This document shows, in pieces, positions 29,094 to 38,372 of a stretch of 64,000 nt of DNA; the stretch's first letter is position 1; every line of letters starts with the position of its first letter. Made by a program: the position numbers and the translations under genes. Source of the DNA: Candidatus Moraniibacteriota bacterium. Its GTDB lineage: Bacteria; Patescibacteriota; Minisyncoccia; Moranbacterales; UBA2206. The notes under the pieces are model-generated. The model had not been told where the DNA came from and searched no databases. It saw only the letters and a program-made list of their open reading frames with translations. The stretch is taken from positions 2,895 through 66,894 of the forward strand of contig JAPLXG010000006.1 in NCBI GenBank assembly GCA_026396175.1, read 5' to 3'.

Positions 29094-30512
29094 CTATTCT
29101 TTCACTTCTGTTTCTTTTTTCTCCTTCTTAGCTTTCTTCACTTTTTTCTCAGCTGGTTTTTCTGATTTTTCTGTGTATTTCTGTTTTTCTTCCGTGTCAT
29201 TCTGTGGTTCAACTTTTTCCCCGCCTGCAACGCTTTGCGTAGCAATGCGGGCAGGTTTCTTGGCTTTCTTTTCCTTCACTTCCTTTGCTGGCTTTTCTTT
29301 GTCAGAAATTAAAGTTAGTCCCATGCGGTGTTCTCTTGGTTCGATAGAAAGAATTTTCCAGCTATAGTCTTCTCCGGTCTTGATCAGATCATTGATATTT
29401 TTCCCCGGATGCGTATCAAGCATTTCGCTGATGTGCGCGAGGCCGTGGATGTCATTATCAAGATAAACAAAAGCACCGAAGTGATTAATTTTGTGCACTT
29501 TTCCAGTCACGACGTCCCCCACTTTATATTTCTTCGTCGCTTCGCTCCAGGGATCAGCTTGCAAGGCGCGAATGGAAAGAGAAATCTTATCATTATCAAT
29601 ACCAATAATTTTTGCTTCCACTTTATCCCCTACTTTCACGATTGTGCGTGGGTTTTCAATCAGTTGCCATGCCAGTTCTGAGATGTGGACAAGTCCTTCC
29701 ACTTTTTCTCTGTCATTTATTTGACCATCTTCATTCAATGGAGAGAATTTCACGAAAGCACCAAAGTCAACCACGCCACTGATTTCTCCGGAGATCACGT
29801 CGCCTACTCTAAAATTAGAAATAGTTTCCTTGTCGCGATCACTCTGTGCGGCTTTTTCGCTGGCAATCAACTTCTCTGCTTCACGGTCAATGTCCAAAAC
29901 ACAAACTTCCAATTCTTTGCCAACCAATTTTTTGAGCAGATTAAGAATCTTATTTTTGTCACCATCTTCCACGCGAGGATAATTCTTGCTAGAAAGTTGT
30001 GACACCGGCAAAAATCCAGCGATACCATTGATTTCAATCAGCAGTCCGCCCTTGTTGGCGCTGATAACTTTTGTCTTGACTTTGTCGCCAGCATCTCGTT
30101 TCTTTTCAATATCCTCCCAAGCTTTTTCATAGGACGCTTCACGAATGGAAAGTTCGATGTAGCCCTCTTCATTTTCCAAATCAGTCACAGTGGCTGAAAC
30201 CTTATCGCCCAATTTTAATTTTCCAGAACCCATACCATCTTTGATTTCTTTGCCCAAAACCAGCCCTGTTCCGAATGGTCCAAGGTCAAGATAGATTTCG
30301 CTAGAAGAAACTTCGAGAACCGTTCCGATAACGGTGTCCCCAACTGAGGGAAATTCAATCGGATTATCCAAAAGCAATTGTTCCATAAAAGAAGGAGCTT
30401 TTTCCTCTGGCACAACTTTGTCGTCAGTTTTTTTGACTGGAGCTGGCGCAGCAGCTTTTTCATCGCTCAACTTGTCCACTTCAGTCGCCAACTTAGAGAG
30501 TATATCGTTCAT
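29094..30512 (-). CDS. rpsA: 30S ribosomal protein S1
   Basis: Four S1 domains; Lys-rich C-terminal tail carries the palindrome-derived ARIATQSVAGGEK. Confidence 0.85.
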   Translation of the reverse strand: MNDILSKLATEVDKLSDEKAAAPAPVKKTDDKVVPEEKAPSFMEQLLLDNPIEFPSVGDTVIGTVLEVSSSEIYLDLGPFGTGLVLGKEIKDGMGSGKLKLGDKVSATVTDLENEEGYIELSIREASYEKAWEDIEKKRDAGDKVKTKVISANKGGLLIEINGIAGFLPVSQLSSKNYPRVEDGDKNKILNLLKKLVGKELEVCVLDIDREAEKLIASEKAAQSDRDKETISNFRVGDVISGEISGVVDFGAFVKFSPLNEDGQINDREKVEGLVHISELAWQLIENPRTIVKVGDKVEAKIIGIDNDKISLSIRALQADPWSEATKKYKVGDVVTGKVHKINHFGAFVYLDNDIHGLAHISEMLDTHPGKNINDLIKTGEDYSWKILSIEPREHRMGLTLISDKEKPAKEVKEKKAKKPARIATQSVAGGEKVEPQNDTEEKQKYTEKSEKPAEKKVKKAKKEKKETEVKE

Positions 30513-30574
30513 GTAATTAAATTTTTGCAGCTGACATCATGGCCGCAAGATAATGATTATGAATGTCTAAATAG

Positions 30575-30735
30575 AAATATCCTCCTCTCCCTTAGGGAGA
30601 GGATGTCCGAAGGACAGGTGAGGGAAAGGGCTTTGTGCTACTGGAGAGCTATATTCTTCGTAGTATGTCCACTCCCTCATCCGGCCTTTGGCCACCTTCT
30701 CCCTAATGGAGAAGGGGAAATAAATTATAAAAAAA
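30575..30735. repeat. Family B composite palindromic repeat
   Basis: CTCTCCCTTAGGGAGAGGATGTCCGAAGGACAGGTGAGGGAAAGGG ... CCCTCATCCGGCCTTTGGCCACCTTCTCCCTAATGGAGAAGGGG. Confidence 0.7.
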
Positions 30736-30930
30736 TTTCCAAACAGTTGTGGAAATTATTAAGAGTGTGCCAATGAAGGCTCGAAAGTCAGGAATTAAAG
30801 CATCCCCTATTCAATTTTTCTTAATAATTAACGTAAATTGAGTATACTCCACCTTTTTTGTTTTGGCAAGTGATTGTGCCCTCAGTAGGAATCCCTGCCT
30901 GCCGGCAGGCAGGGAACCTTCTGGATTGTG

Positions 30931-31002
30931 TGCTCTCGTCAAGAATCGAACTTGAATCTAAGGCTTAGGAGTCCCTTGTTCTATCCGTTGAACTACGAGA
31001 GC
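30931..31002 (-). tRNA. tRNA-Arg (anticodon CCU)
   Basis: Acceptor GCTCTCG/CGAGAGC; T-arm TCAAGTTCGATTCTTGA; loop CTCCTAA (one 31-39 mismatch). Confidence 0.7.
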
Positions 31003-31015
31003 TAATTTATTATTG

Positions 31016-31088
31016 TGGACCTGAGGAGGATCGAACTCCTTGCCTCTTCCATGCCATGGAAGCGCTCTACCAATTGAGCTACAGGCCC
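31016..31088 (-). tRNA. tRNA-Ala (anticodon GGC)
   Basis: GGGCCTG acceptor; D-arm GCTCAATTGGTAGAGC; loop ATGGCAT. Confidence 0.8.
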
Positions 31089-31220
31089 GATTTATTGAAA
31101 GGGAAATAAAAAATATCGCATATCAATCATAACAGTTAATAGGAGTTAGTCAATTTTAACCCCGATTTGCGGTTATAGGTAAAAAATACTACACTATTAG
31201 TAATCATCTGAAATGCTAAT

Positions 31221-33278
31221 ATGGCAAATTTAACTGAAAAATCGCAAGAAATCTGGGAAAAAATCAAAAAACAGCCAAAAGACATTTGGTTTTTCTATTT
31301 GTTTTTATTGACTTTTACGCTTGGGGTAAGAAAAGTAATATTATACTTTCCCTTGAAAGGTGCCTTTAACGAATACACCGGCGCATACGTTTATGCTTCT
31401 GATATATTCTTGTGTCTTACGATCATAGCCTGGGTCGTATCTATATTATACAACAAAATAGCATTATCGTCAAGTAACAGCGAAGCTGTTTCTGAAGTTA
31501 TCCACAGGATGGATGGTGGCGAAAAAGAGGAATTTAAAGTTAGCCATAAGTTATCCACAGGAAAATTTGCTTATTTTAAAGCATTTTTTTCCAGGATGTG
31601 GAAAATGTTCCACGTGGAACAATTTTACAATCAGAATTCAAGAAAATGTTCCACCCTCCTGCGCCAAGGCTTCGGCGGGCAAGCGTGGAACATTTTGAGT
31701 GGATTGGGTACTATTCCCCTGCTTTTGGTCATTTGGTCATTCATATCGGTCTTTTGGTCAGAAAATCAAGTAATTAGTGTTTGTAGATCTATTAAGTTTT
31801 TTGAACTGTATCTTCTGTTTATTTATATATCCATCAGATTCGTGCCATACTGCTTACTCAATTGTTCCACGTGGAACAATCTGCAATCTGGAAATGTTCC
31901 ACCCTCCTGCGCCGAGGCTTCGGCGGGCAGGCGTGGAACATTTTCAAATACAGAGGATGGTGGTGATGCTAAAATGTTCCACGTGGAACAATTTAGCTAC
32001 GTTTTGTCGAAAATGGCTAAATATTTCCGCGCAATCTTGTTGGGGCTGGTAGTAATTGCGCTGTTTGACCACTATTTGTGGGATATTTGGCAAGGTCAGG
32101 TCTTGTTTTGGCTGGTTTGTGGCGTTTTGGCAGGAGTTAGTTTTGGCGAGCAGTTTAATCTGAAAAAATGTTCCACGTGGAACATTTTCGAGAGTACTAT
32201 CAGTGAAATTGTTCCACGTGGAACAATTTATGCGGGGCGTCTGTTTTTCGGCATAATTATGCTTCTTGGTGTGACACAGTCTCTGATCGGAATTGCTCAA
32301 TTTATTGTTCAGCACTCAATCGGGCTATTTTGGCTCAAAGAAAGCCTAATTGGGCAAAGTATTCCCGGAGTGGCAAAGATTATCGCTAATCATCATGTTC
32401 TTATCCGTTCCTATGGCCTCTTTCCTCATCCAAATATCCTGGGGGGATTTTTGTTTTTTTCTATCATGATTACGCTTCTGTATAGAAAAATGTTCCACCC
32501 CGAAGAATCTGAAAATGTTCCACGTGGAACATTTTCAAATCACGGGACAGGCGCGGAACATACCGAGGAGAAAAATAATGTGAATTGTTCCACGTGGAAC
32601 AATTTTAGGCAAGTATGGAAAAATGTTCCACGTGGAACATTTTGGATATTACTAAAAGAAAAAGTGCTTATTATGGGCAATGTTATTAATTTAATATTGC
32701 TGATTCAGATATTTGGAATTCTTCTTTCCTTTTCTAAGTCAGCCGTTCTTACCTTACTCATTGCGCTTACTTATATAAATGTTCCACGTGGAACATTTTG
32801 GGGTAAGCGTGGAAAATCGTTTCACCCCGAAAAATCTGAAATTGTTCCACGTGGAACAATTTCAGATCACGGGGCAGGCGTGGAGCGATTTAGGATATTA
32901 CTTGGTTTGGGATTGGCCGTATTGGCAGGACTGTTTTTTCTTAGAGTCGAATTTTATGCCTTATTTATGAAGTCGCTTGCAGAAAGAGGGTTGTATTTGT
33001 CTATCTCCGAGCGGATAATTACAGATAATCCGATTATTGGGGTTGGCACTGGCCAGTTCATCGTGGCCGCAGAGAGGTTATTCCCAAATCTTGAGATCTG
33101 GCAATATCAGCCAGTGCATAATGTTTTTCTTTTAATTTGGTCAGAATGGGGGATTGTCGGGTTGGTTTTGTTTATTGTGTTTTTGTGGAAATTGTTCCAC
33201 GTGGAACAATTCTGTGAAAAGCCTCTTCTCCCTCAGGGAGAGGACCTGCCCGAAATGCAAATCGTTGCAGGCGGGTGA
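31221..33278 (+). CDS. O-antigen ligase/Wzy_C-like polytopic membrane protein interrupted by at least 14 in-frame 20-24 bp palindromes
   Basis: Wzy_C-like block PVHNVFLLIWSEWGIVGL and GVGTGQF; the ORF stays open through every ATGTTCCACGTGGAACAT copy, read as MFHVEQF / CSTWNNF / NVPRGTF depending on phase. Confidence 0.6.
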   Translation: MANLTEKSQEIWEKIKKQPKDIWFFYLFLLTFTLGVRKVILYFPLKGAFNEYTGAYVYASDIFLCLTIIAWVVSILYNKIALSSSNSEAVSEVIHRMDGGEKEEFKVSHKLSTGKFAYFKAFFSRMWKMFHVEQFYNQNSRKCSTLLRQGFGGQAWNILSGLGTIPLLLVIWSFISVFWSENQVISVCRSIKFFELYLLFIYISIRFVPYCLLNCSTWNNLQSGNVPPSCAEASAGRRGTFSNTEDGGDAKMFHVEQFSYVLSKMAKYFRAILLGLVVIALFDHYLWDIWQGQVLFWLVCGVLAGVSFGEQFNLKKCSTWNIFESTISEIVPRGTIYAGRLFFGIIMLLGVTQSLIGIAQFIVQHSIGLFWLKESLIGQSIPGVAKIIANHHVLIRSYGLFPHPNILGGFLFFSIMITLLYRKMFHPEESENVPRGTFSNHGTGAEHTEEKNNVNCSTWNNFRQVWKNVPRGTFWILLKEKVLIMGNVINLILLIQIFGILLSFSKSAVLTLLIALTYINVPRGTFWGKRGKSFHPEKSEIVPRGTISDHGAGVERFRILLGLGLAVLAGLFFLRVEFYALFMKSLAERGLYLSISERIITDNPIIGVGTGQFIVAAERLFPNLEIWQYQPVHNVFLLIWSEWGIVGLVLFIVFLWKLFHVEQFCEKPLLPQGEDLPEMQIVAGG
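31600..33210. repeat. Family G: at least 14 copies of the perfect palindrome (A)ATGTTCCACGTGGAACAT(T) / ATTGTTCCACGTGGAACAAT, some nested in a larger palindrome TGTTCCACCCCGAA..AATCTGAAA[core]TTTCA..ATCACGGGGCAGGCGTGGA
   Basis: Copies at ~31603, 31640-31695 (split), 31860, 31890-31945 (split), 31973, 32165, 32205, 32490-32570 (nested), 32583, 32615, 32777, 32808-32890 (nested), 33185. Confidence 0.8.
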
Positions 33279-33300
33279 CCGAAGGACAGGTGAGGGATGG
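33215..33300. repeat. Family B half-element at the 3' end of the O-antigen-ligase-like gene
   Basis: CTCTTCTCCCTCAGGGAGAGGACCTGCCCGAAATG...GACCGAAGGACAGGTGAGGGATGGGC. Confidence 0.55.
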
Positions 33301-33456
33301 GCAATAAAATAGGTGCAATTCAGATTAGAATTTAAAATCGCTTGATTTGACAAATGGATTGAATTATTGCTTAATATATTTTGATATGGATACCTTTTTG
33401 TGGTATAGTTTAGGGGGAATAAGAAAGAAAGCCTAATTAATCATTTTTTAACTTAT

Positions 33457-34362
33457 ATGGAAAAATATTCATTTGAAAATGCTCAAGATGAAGCGATGAA
33501 AATGCAGGATAAAATTAAGTCTGGGACAAAGGGCTATAATGAAGCAGAACGACTAGTTGTGAATGAGCAACATCGAAATACCGTAGAAAAAAAATTGAAA
33601 GAGGAAATAACACCCCTAAAAGAAATAATACCTGGAATTAATTTAGAAAAAGAAGATGTTATCATGGAAGATATACACTGCTTTATCACAAGCGATCAAC
33701 CATATATTGATGAGATGAGAGAACGTGACGAAATGCCACACAAAACTTTTATAGAAGAATACAAAAAGTTAAAAGATAATCCTGAAAAGCAACGAGAATT
33801 TGCCGAGGAACACATAAATAACTATGCCCTATCAAAACTCAAAGACCAAGTTCTCATTGATCTTGGTGCATCAAATATTGGTGGATTATATCTTGCGTCC
33901 TTAGCTGAAGCGAAAGGTTATGTTGGCGTTGAAAGAGATAAATTTCTTCTGCCCACTACGGATAAGCGTAACCAAGAAAATTTAACAAAGTTAACCGAAT
34001 GCATGAAATCTAATGATATTGAAGGAATTGAAAATCATCTTCCTTGTGGTATGGAAGTAATTAGAGAAGACAATATCACACCGATTAAATTTAACTATGT
34101 TGAAAGTGATATGCTAAATTTTTTATCTAGATTACCTAATAATTCCGTAAGTGTTCTTTGCTCTGGCCTTGAAACATATGAAAGTTATAATCGAGAATAC
34201 ATGTGGAATCTCGCAAAAGAAGTTGCGAGAGTGCTTCATCCAGATGGTGCCTTAATTCAAAGTGGCGGTGGGACAGATGGCATCAGTAAAGATTATTTAA
34301 AACATAATGGAGTTGTTCGTGATATTGGAAAAGTATTTAAAAAAGATGAAGTAGAAAAATAA
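33457..34362 (+). CDS. hypothetical protein with class-I SAM-methyltransferase-like C-terminal half
   Basis: VLIDLGASNIGG (motif I-like) and LHPDGALI; AT-rich surroundings. Confidence 0.45.
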   Translation: MEKYSFENAQDEAMKMQDKIKSGTKGYNEAERLVVNEQHRNTVEKKLKEEITPLKEIIPGINLEKEDVIMEDIHCFITSDQPYIDEMRERDEMPHKTFIEEYKKLKDNPEKQREFAEEHINNYALSKLKDQVLIDLGASNIGGLYLASLAEAKGYVGVERDKFLLPTTDKRNQENLTKLTECMKSNDIEGIENHLPCGMEVIREDNITPIKFNYVESDMLNFLSRLPNNSVSVLCSGLETYESYNREYMWNLAKEVARVLHPDGALIQSGGGTDGISKDYLKHNGVVRDIGKVFKKDEVEK

Positions 34363-34524
34363 ATTGCAGAAATTAAATACATCAAGGCAGGGGTTTTCCA
34401 AAACAGTGTATAACACGGTATATTCGGTTCTGCATCGCTCCATCCAAATTTATCGCAACTTCGAATATGCCAAATACGTTATGGCAAAATGTCGCCTGCT
34501 TCTCATGATGTGGAATAGATAGAT

Positions 34525-34552
34525 AAAAAAGACACCACACGGTGTCTTTTTT
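34525..34552. terminator. bidirectional terminator between the MTase-like gene and gyrA
   Basis: AAAAAAGACACCACACGGTGTCTTTTTT. Confidence 0.75.
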
Positions 34553-34574
34553 GGTGTCTAAATTGTGGATAAGT

Positions 34575-37019
34575 CTATAAAACTGTGATGGCCGACACTT
34601 TATCCCCAGCTTGTGGCCTCATAACTCTTACTCCTTGCGTGGCGCGGCCGAGGGTGGAGACGCTGGCTAGGGGGATGCGGATGATTTGGCCTTTGTCGGA
34701 AGTGAGGATGAGGTCGGCATCGAGGTTGTCGACGTTGATGACGCTGGCGCCGACTAGTTTTCCGGTTTTAGCTGTGACGGCGGCGGTTTTGATTCCGGAG
34801 CCACCACGTTTTTGGATTTTGTAGTATTTAATATCTGATCTTTTTCCATAACCATTTTCGGTGATGACCAAAAGTTGATTGCCTTTTTGATTTTTGAAAA
34901 AGACATCCATTCCCACTACGAGGTCATCTTTTTTCAGTTTGATGCCGCGGACACCTGTGGCAGAGCGACCCATTGAACGGACGTCGGATTCTTTGTAGTG
35001 AATAGCTTGACCCTGCGCGGTGGTGATGACGATTTCGTCTGTGCCAGTTGTGGCGCTGACCCAACGGAGAGCGTCGCCCTTATCGAGTTTAATGGCGATG
35101 AGTCCGGAGCGACGAACATTTTCAAATTCCTCGAGCGTGGTTTTTTTGACGGTGCCCATTTCTGTTGCCATAAAGAGGAATTTGTAGTTATCGTCTTTAT
35201 TGAAAGCAATGACGGCCGTTACTTTTTCTTCGCCGGACAGTTGGAGGAAGTTTACAATCGATTGACCTTTGGAAATTCTGGATGATTCGGGGATTTCATA
35301 GGCTTTGGTTTGGAAAACTTTTCCGCTGTTGGTAAAGAAAAGGAGATTGTCGTGCGTCATTACGCCCAAAAGTTTTTCAATTTCGTCGCCTTCTTTAGTG
35401 GTGGCGCCGATGACGCCTTTGCCGCCGCGTTTTTGGACTTTGTAGACAGTTGGATTCATCCGTTTGATGTAGCCTTCCTTGGAGATGGTGATGATGGCTT
35501 CTTCGTTGGGAACTAAATCCTCTTGCTTAAATTCGGAAACGCCGGATTTGATGATTTTGGTCATACGTTCATCGCCATATTTTTCTTTCACGCGCTCCAA
35601 TTCACTTTTGACAATGCCCAAAATTTTCTTTTCGCTCTTGAGAATTGCTTCCAGTTCAGCAATCAAGCGCAGTTTTTCGGCTAGTTCGTCTTCGATTTTT
35701 TTGCGTTCGAGACCAGCGAGGGTTTGCAAGCGCATTTCAAGGATAGCGGTAGTTTGGCGGTCAGAGAATTTAAACTTTTTCATCAAATTCGCATGCGCCT
35801 CTTCTTTAGTTTTGGATTTTCGGATAGTTTCGATAACGGCGTCAATGTGATCAAGGGCTTTTTTCAAACCTTCCAAGATGTGAGCGCGATCTTTGGCTTT
35901 TTCCAAATCGAATTTAGTGCGGCGAGTGATGACTTCTTTGCGGTGAAGAATATAATATTCAAAAATAGATTTCAAATTAAGCACGGTTGGTTCGATGCCG
36001 TTGACCAAGGCGAGCATATTGACATTGAAATTCTTTTGGAGATCAGTGAGATCATAGAGTTTATTGAGCACTTTTTGGGGATAGGCGTCTTTTTTAAGCT
36101 CAATAACCAAGCGCACTCCGTCCTTGTCGGATTCATCGCGAATGTCGCGGATGCCCACAATCTTGCCTTCTTTCACGAGATCAGCCATCCGTTCAATCAT
36201 GGTTGATTTATTGGTGGCATAGGTCATTTCCGTCACAATGATTTGAAATGCGCCAGCTTTTGTCTCGTTGATTTCGGCCTTCGCTCTAGTGAGGATTTTT
36301 CCACGGCCGGTTTTATAGGCTTCAACGATGTCTTTTTTGTTATAAATAATTCCACCGGTTGGAAAATCAGGACCTTTCACGAATTCACAAAGATCTTCGA
36401 CGGTTGCGTCGGGGTTGTCAATCAGATGGTCGATTCCTTCAATTAACTCTGTGATATTATGCGGTGGGATGTTGGTCGCCATACCAACGGCGATTCCCAT
36501 TGAGCCATTGAGGAGTAACTGGGGTAAATTAGCTGGTAAAACGGAAGGTTCTTTGTGCTGTCCGTCAAAGTTTGGCACGAAATCGACCGTATTTTTTTCA
36601 ATATCAGTGAGCATTTCTTCCGCGATGGAAGAAAGCTTAGCTTCAGTGTAACGATAAGCCGCCGCACTGTCGCCGTCCATCGAACCAAAGTTTCCCTGGC
36701 CTTTGACGAGGGGATAACGCAGAGAAAAGTCTTGCGCCATACGCACCATGGAATCATAGACCGCCACGTCGCCGTGCGGGTGATATTTACCAAGCACTTC
36801 TCCAACCACAGTGGCGGATTTGCGGAATTTAGCATTAGCGCGCAGTCCCGTGTTCCACATTGAGTAGAGAATTCTCCTGTGGACAGGCTTCATTCCATCG
36901 CGGACATCAGGCAGGGCGCGTGAAACGATGACGCTCATAGCATAATCCAGGTAGGATTGTTGGATTTCTTCGGTTATTTCTCTGGCTTGGATATTTTCCA
37001 GCTCAATTTTCATTTCCAT
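34575..37019 (-). CDS. gyrA: DNA gyrase subunit A
   Basis: 814 aa; [11 protein letters not shown] active-site region. Confidence 0.9.
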   Translation of the reverse strand: MEMKIELENIQAREITEEIQQSYLDYAMSVIVSRALPDVRDGMKPVHRRILYSMWNTGLRANAKFRKSATVVGEVLGKYHPHGDVAVYDSMVRMAQDFSLRYPLVKGQGNFGSMDGDSAAAYRYTEAKLSSIAEEMLTDIEKNTVDFVPNFDGQHKEPSVLPANLPQLLLNGSMGIAVGMATNIPPHNITELIEGIDHLIDNPDATVEDLCEFVKGPDFPTGGIIYNKKDIVEAYKTGRGKILTRAKAEINETKAGAFQIIVTEMTYATNKSTMIERMADLVKEGKIVGIRDIRDESDKDGVRLVIELKKDAYPQKVLNKLYDLTDLQKNFNVNMLALVNGIEPTVLNLKSIFEYYILHRKEVITRRTKFDLEKAKDRAHILEGLKKALDHIDAVIETIRKSKTKEEAHANLMKKFKFSDRQTTAILEMRLQTLAGLERKKIEDELAEKLRLIAELEAILKSEKKILGIVKSELERVKEKYGDERMTKIIKSGVSEFKQEDLVPNEEAIITISKEGYIKRMNPTVYKVQKRGGKGVIGATTKEGDEIEKLLGVMTHDNLLFFTNSGKVFQTKAYEIPESSRISKGQSIVNFLQLSGEEKVTAVIAFNKDDNYKFLFMATEMGTVKKTTLEEFENVRRSGLIAIKLDKGDALRWVSATTGTDEIVITTAQGQAIHYKESDVRSMGRSATGVRGIKLKKDDLVVGMDVFFKNQKGNQLLVITENGYGKRSDIKYYKIQKRGGSGIKTAAVTAKTGKLVGASVINVDNLDADLILTSDKGQIIRIPLASVSTLGRATQGVRVMRPQAGDKVSAITVL

Positions 37020-37100
37020 AGTGGTTTTTTCCGCCGGCTGGCGGATTGATTATTGGGGTAATGGTTTAGTTCTTATATAATGTTGGCTATTATCTGGTGC

Positions 37101-37448
37101 TTAGGGGGTATTGTCGAGTGCTGGTAGGTTACTATTGGAGGTAGGTGGCGTGTTACTGGGTGAGGGCTGGGTGGTGTCCGGGGCGGGTTTTTGCATATTA
37201 GCGTTCAGGTCGTCAAGGGATTTTTTTACGTCAGTTGTGGCGTCCTTGAGGGATTTTTTTTGAGTTTGCAAATCATCAAAAACGTTTTGTTGTTTGGCTA
37301 CGTCAGCTTTTTTGATTGAATCGGAAATGGAAAAAAACCAAAGCAGGAGAATGAAAAGCATCGAAACAACCACAGCTCCGTAGGTGTAGCGCAGGCGGAT
37401 ATGTTCCGGTTTTCGGCGGATTTCTTCAAGTTTTCTTTGGATATTCAT
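37101..37448 (-). CDS. small single-pass membrane protein
   Basis: 115 aa, one TM helix. Confidence 0.4.
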   Translation of the reverse strand: MNIQRKLEEIRRKPEHIRLRYTYGAVVVSMLFILLLWFFSISDSIKKADVAKQQNVFDDLQTQKKSLKDATTDVKKSLDDLNANMQKPAPDTTQPSPSNTPPTSNSNLPALDNTP

Positions 37449-37461
37449 TGGGGTTTTTGCA

Positions 37462-37625
37462 ATATCTCCTCCTCTCCCTTAGGGAGAGGATGTCCGAAGG
37501 ACAGGTGAGGGAAAGGGCTATGAGTTAGCACTAAACTAATTTAAAAATAAGTTTTTTGTAACAGAAAGGCTTCTCCCTCATCCGGCCTTCGGCCACCTTC
37601 TCCCTAATGGAGAAGGGGATTTAAC
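37462..37625. repeat. Family B composite palindromic repeat
   Basis: Near-identical to the 30575-30735 copy. Confidence 0.7.
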
Positions 37626-37658
37626 CTAAATTTGTCAAAATTCTTAGTAGTTTCTTGT

Positions 37659-38318
37659 CTATTCAATACCCATAATCACAATTTCCATATTCTTGCCTTC
37701 CATTTCTTTGCCTTTCAGGTTCAATTTGGATGGTCGTTCTTTCACGCAGTAGCCCATTTCGGCGCAGAATTTGCTTTCATCGGCAATGTCAACAGTAGAA
37801 TTTTTCAGCTTAAAGTGCATTGGGATGACAATATTCGGTTCGATTTTTTTGATCGTTTCAATGGCTTTTTTATAGTCAATGGTATATTTTCCGCCAATCG
37901 GGACAAAAAGGACGTTCACTGTGCCGATTTTTTCCAGCTGTTTTTCGGTTAGATCGGTTCCAAGGTCGCCCAGATGGCATAGTTTAATTTCCTCCCCGTC
38001 AATCAGAAAGATTGTATTTGAGCCTCTTTCTTTTCCTTCAACACTGTCATGGTATGATGGAATGCCGATAACATTGACGCCTTTTACTGAATATTCGCCT
38101 GGCAGGTCAATGACGCGTGGCTCGCCTTTCAGGGCATCAACGTTATTGTGATCATGGTGATTATGCGAAACTAAGACGAAATCAGCTTGTCCTTGCGGTG
38201 GACGCAAGCCGACGGATTTATCAAATGGGTCGATGAATAAAACAACTTCATTTTGGCCTCGGCCGGCCGGTTTTAGGGAAATTTTAAAACAAGAGTGACC
38301 GTAGTATTGGATATTCAT
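37659..38318 (-). CDS. MBL-fold metal-dependent hydrolase
   Basis: HNHHDH metal-binding motif. Confidence 0.7.
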   Translation of the reverse strand: MNIQYYGHSCFKISLKPAGRGQNEVVLFIDPFDKSVGLRPPQGQADFVLVSHNHHDHNNVDALKGEPRVIDLPGEYSVKGVNVIGIPSYHDSVEGKERGSNTIFLIDGEEIKLCHLGDLGTDLTEKQLEKIGTVNVLFVPIGGKYTIDYKKAIETIKKIEPNIVIPMHFKLKNSTVDIADESKFCAEMGYCVKERPSKLNLKGKEMEGKNMEIVIMGIE

Positions 38319-38372
38319 AGGTTTTTGGCTAAAAGTTTATTAACATACATATATTAGCACAGGAGAAAGGGG

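Noticed and set aside
31600-33210. Possible CRISPR array, because of many copies of a ~24-bp repeat
   Set aside because: Repeats are perfect palindromes with irregular spacing (30 to >300 bp). They are embedded in one continuous ORF, and no cas genes or leader are nearby. CRISPR repeats are regularly spaced, and the spacers would not preserve a reading frame.
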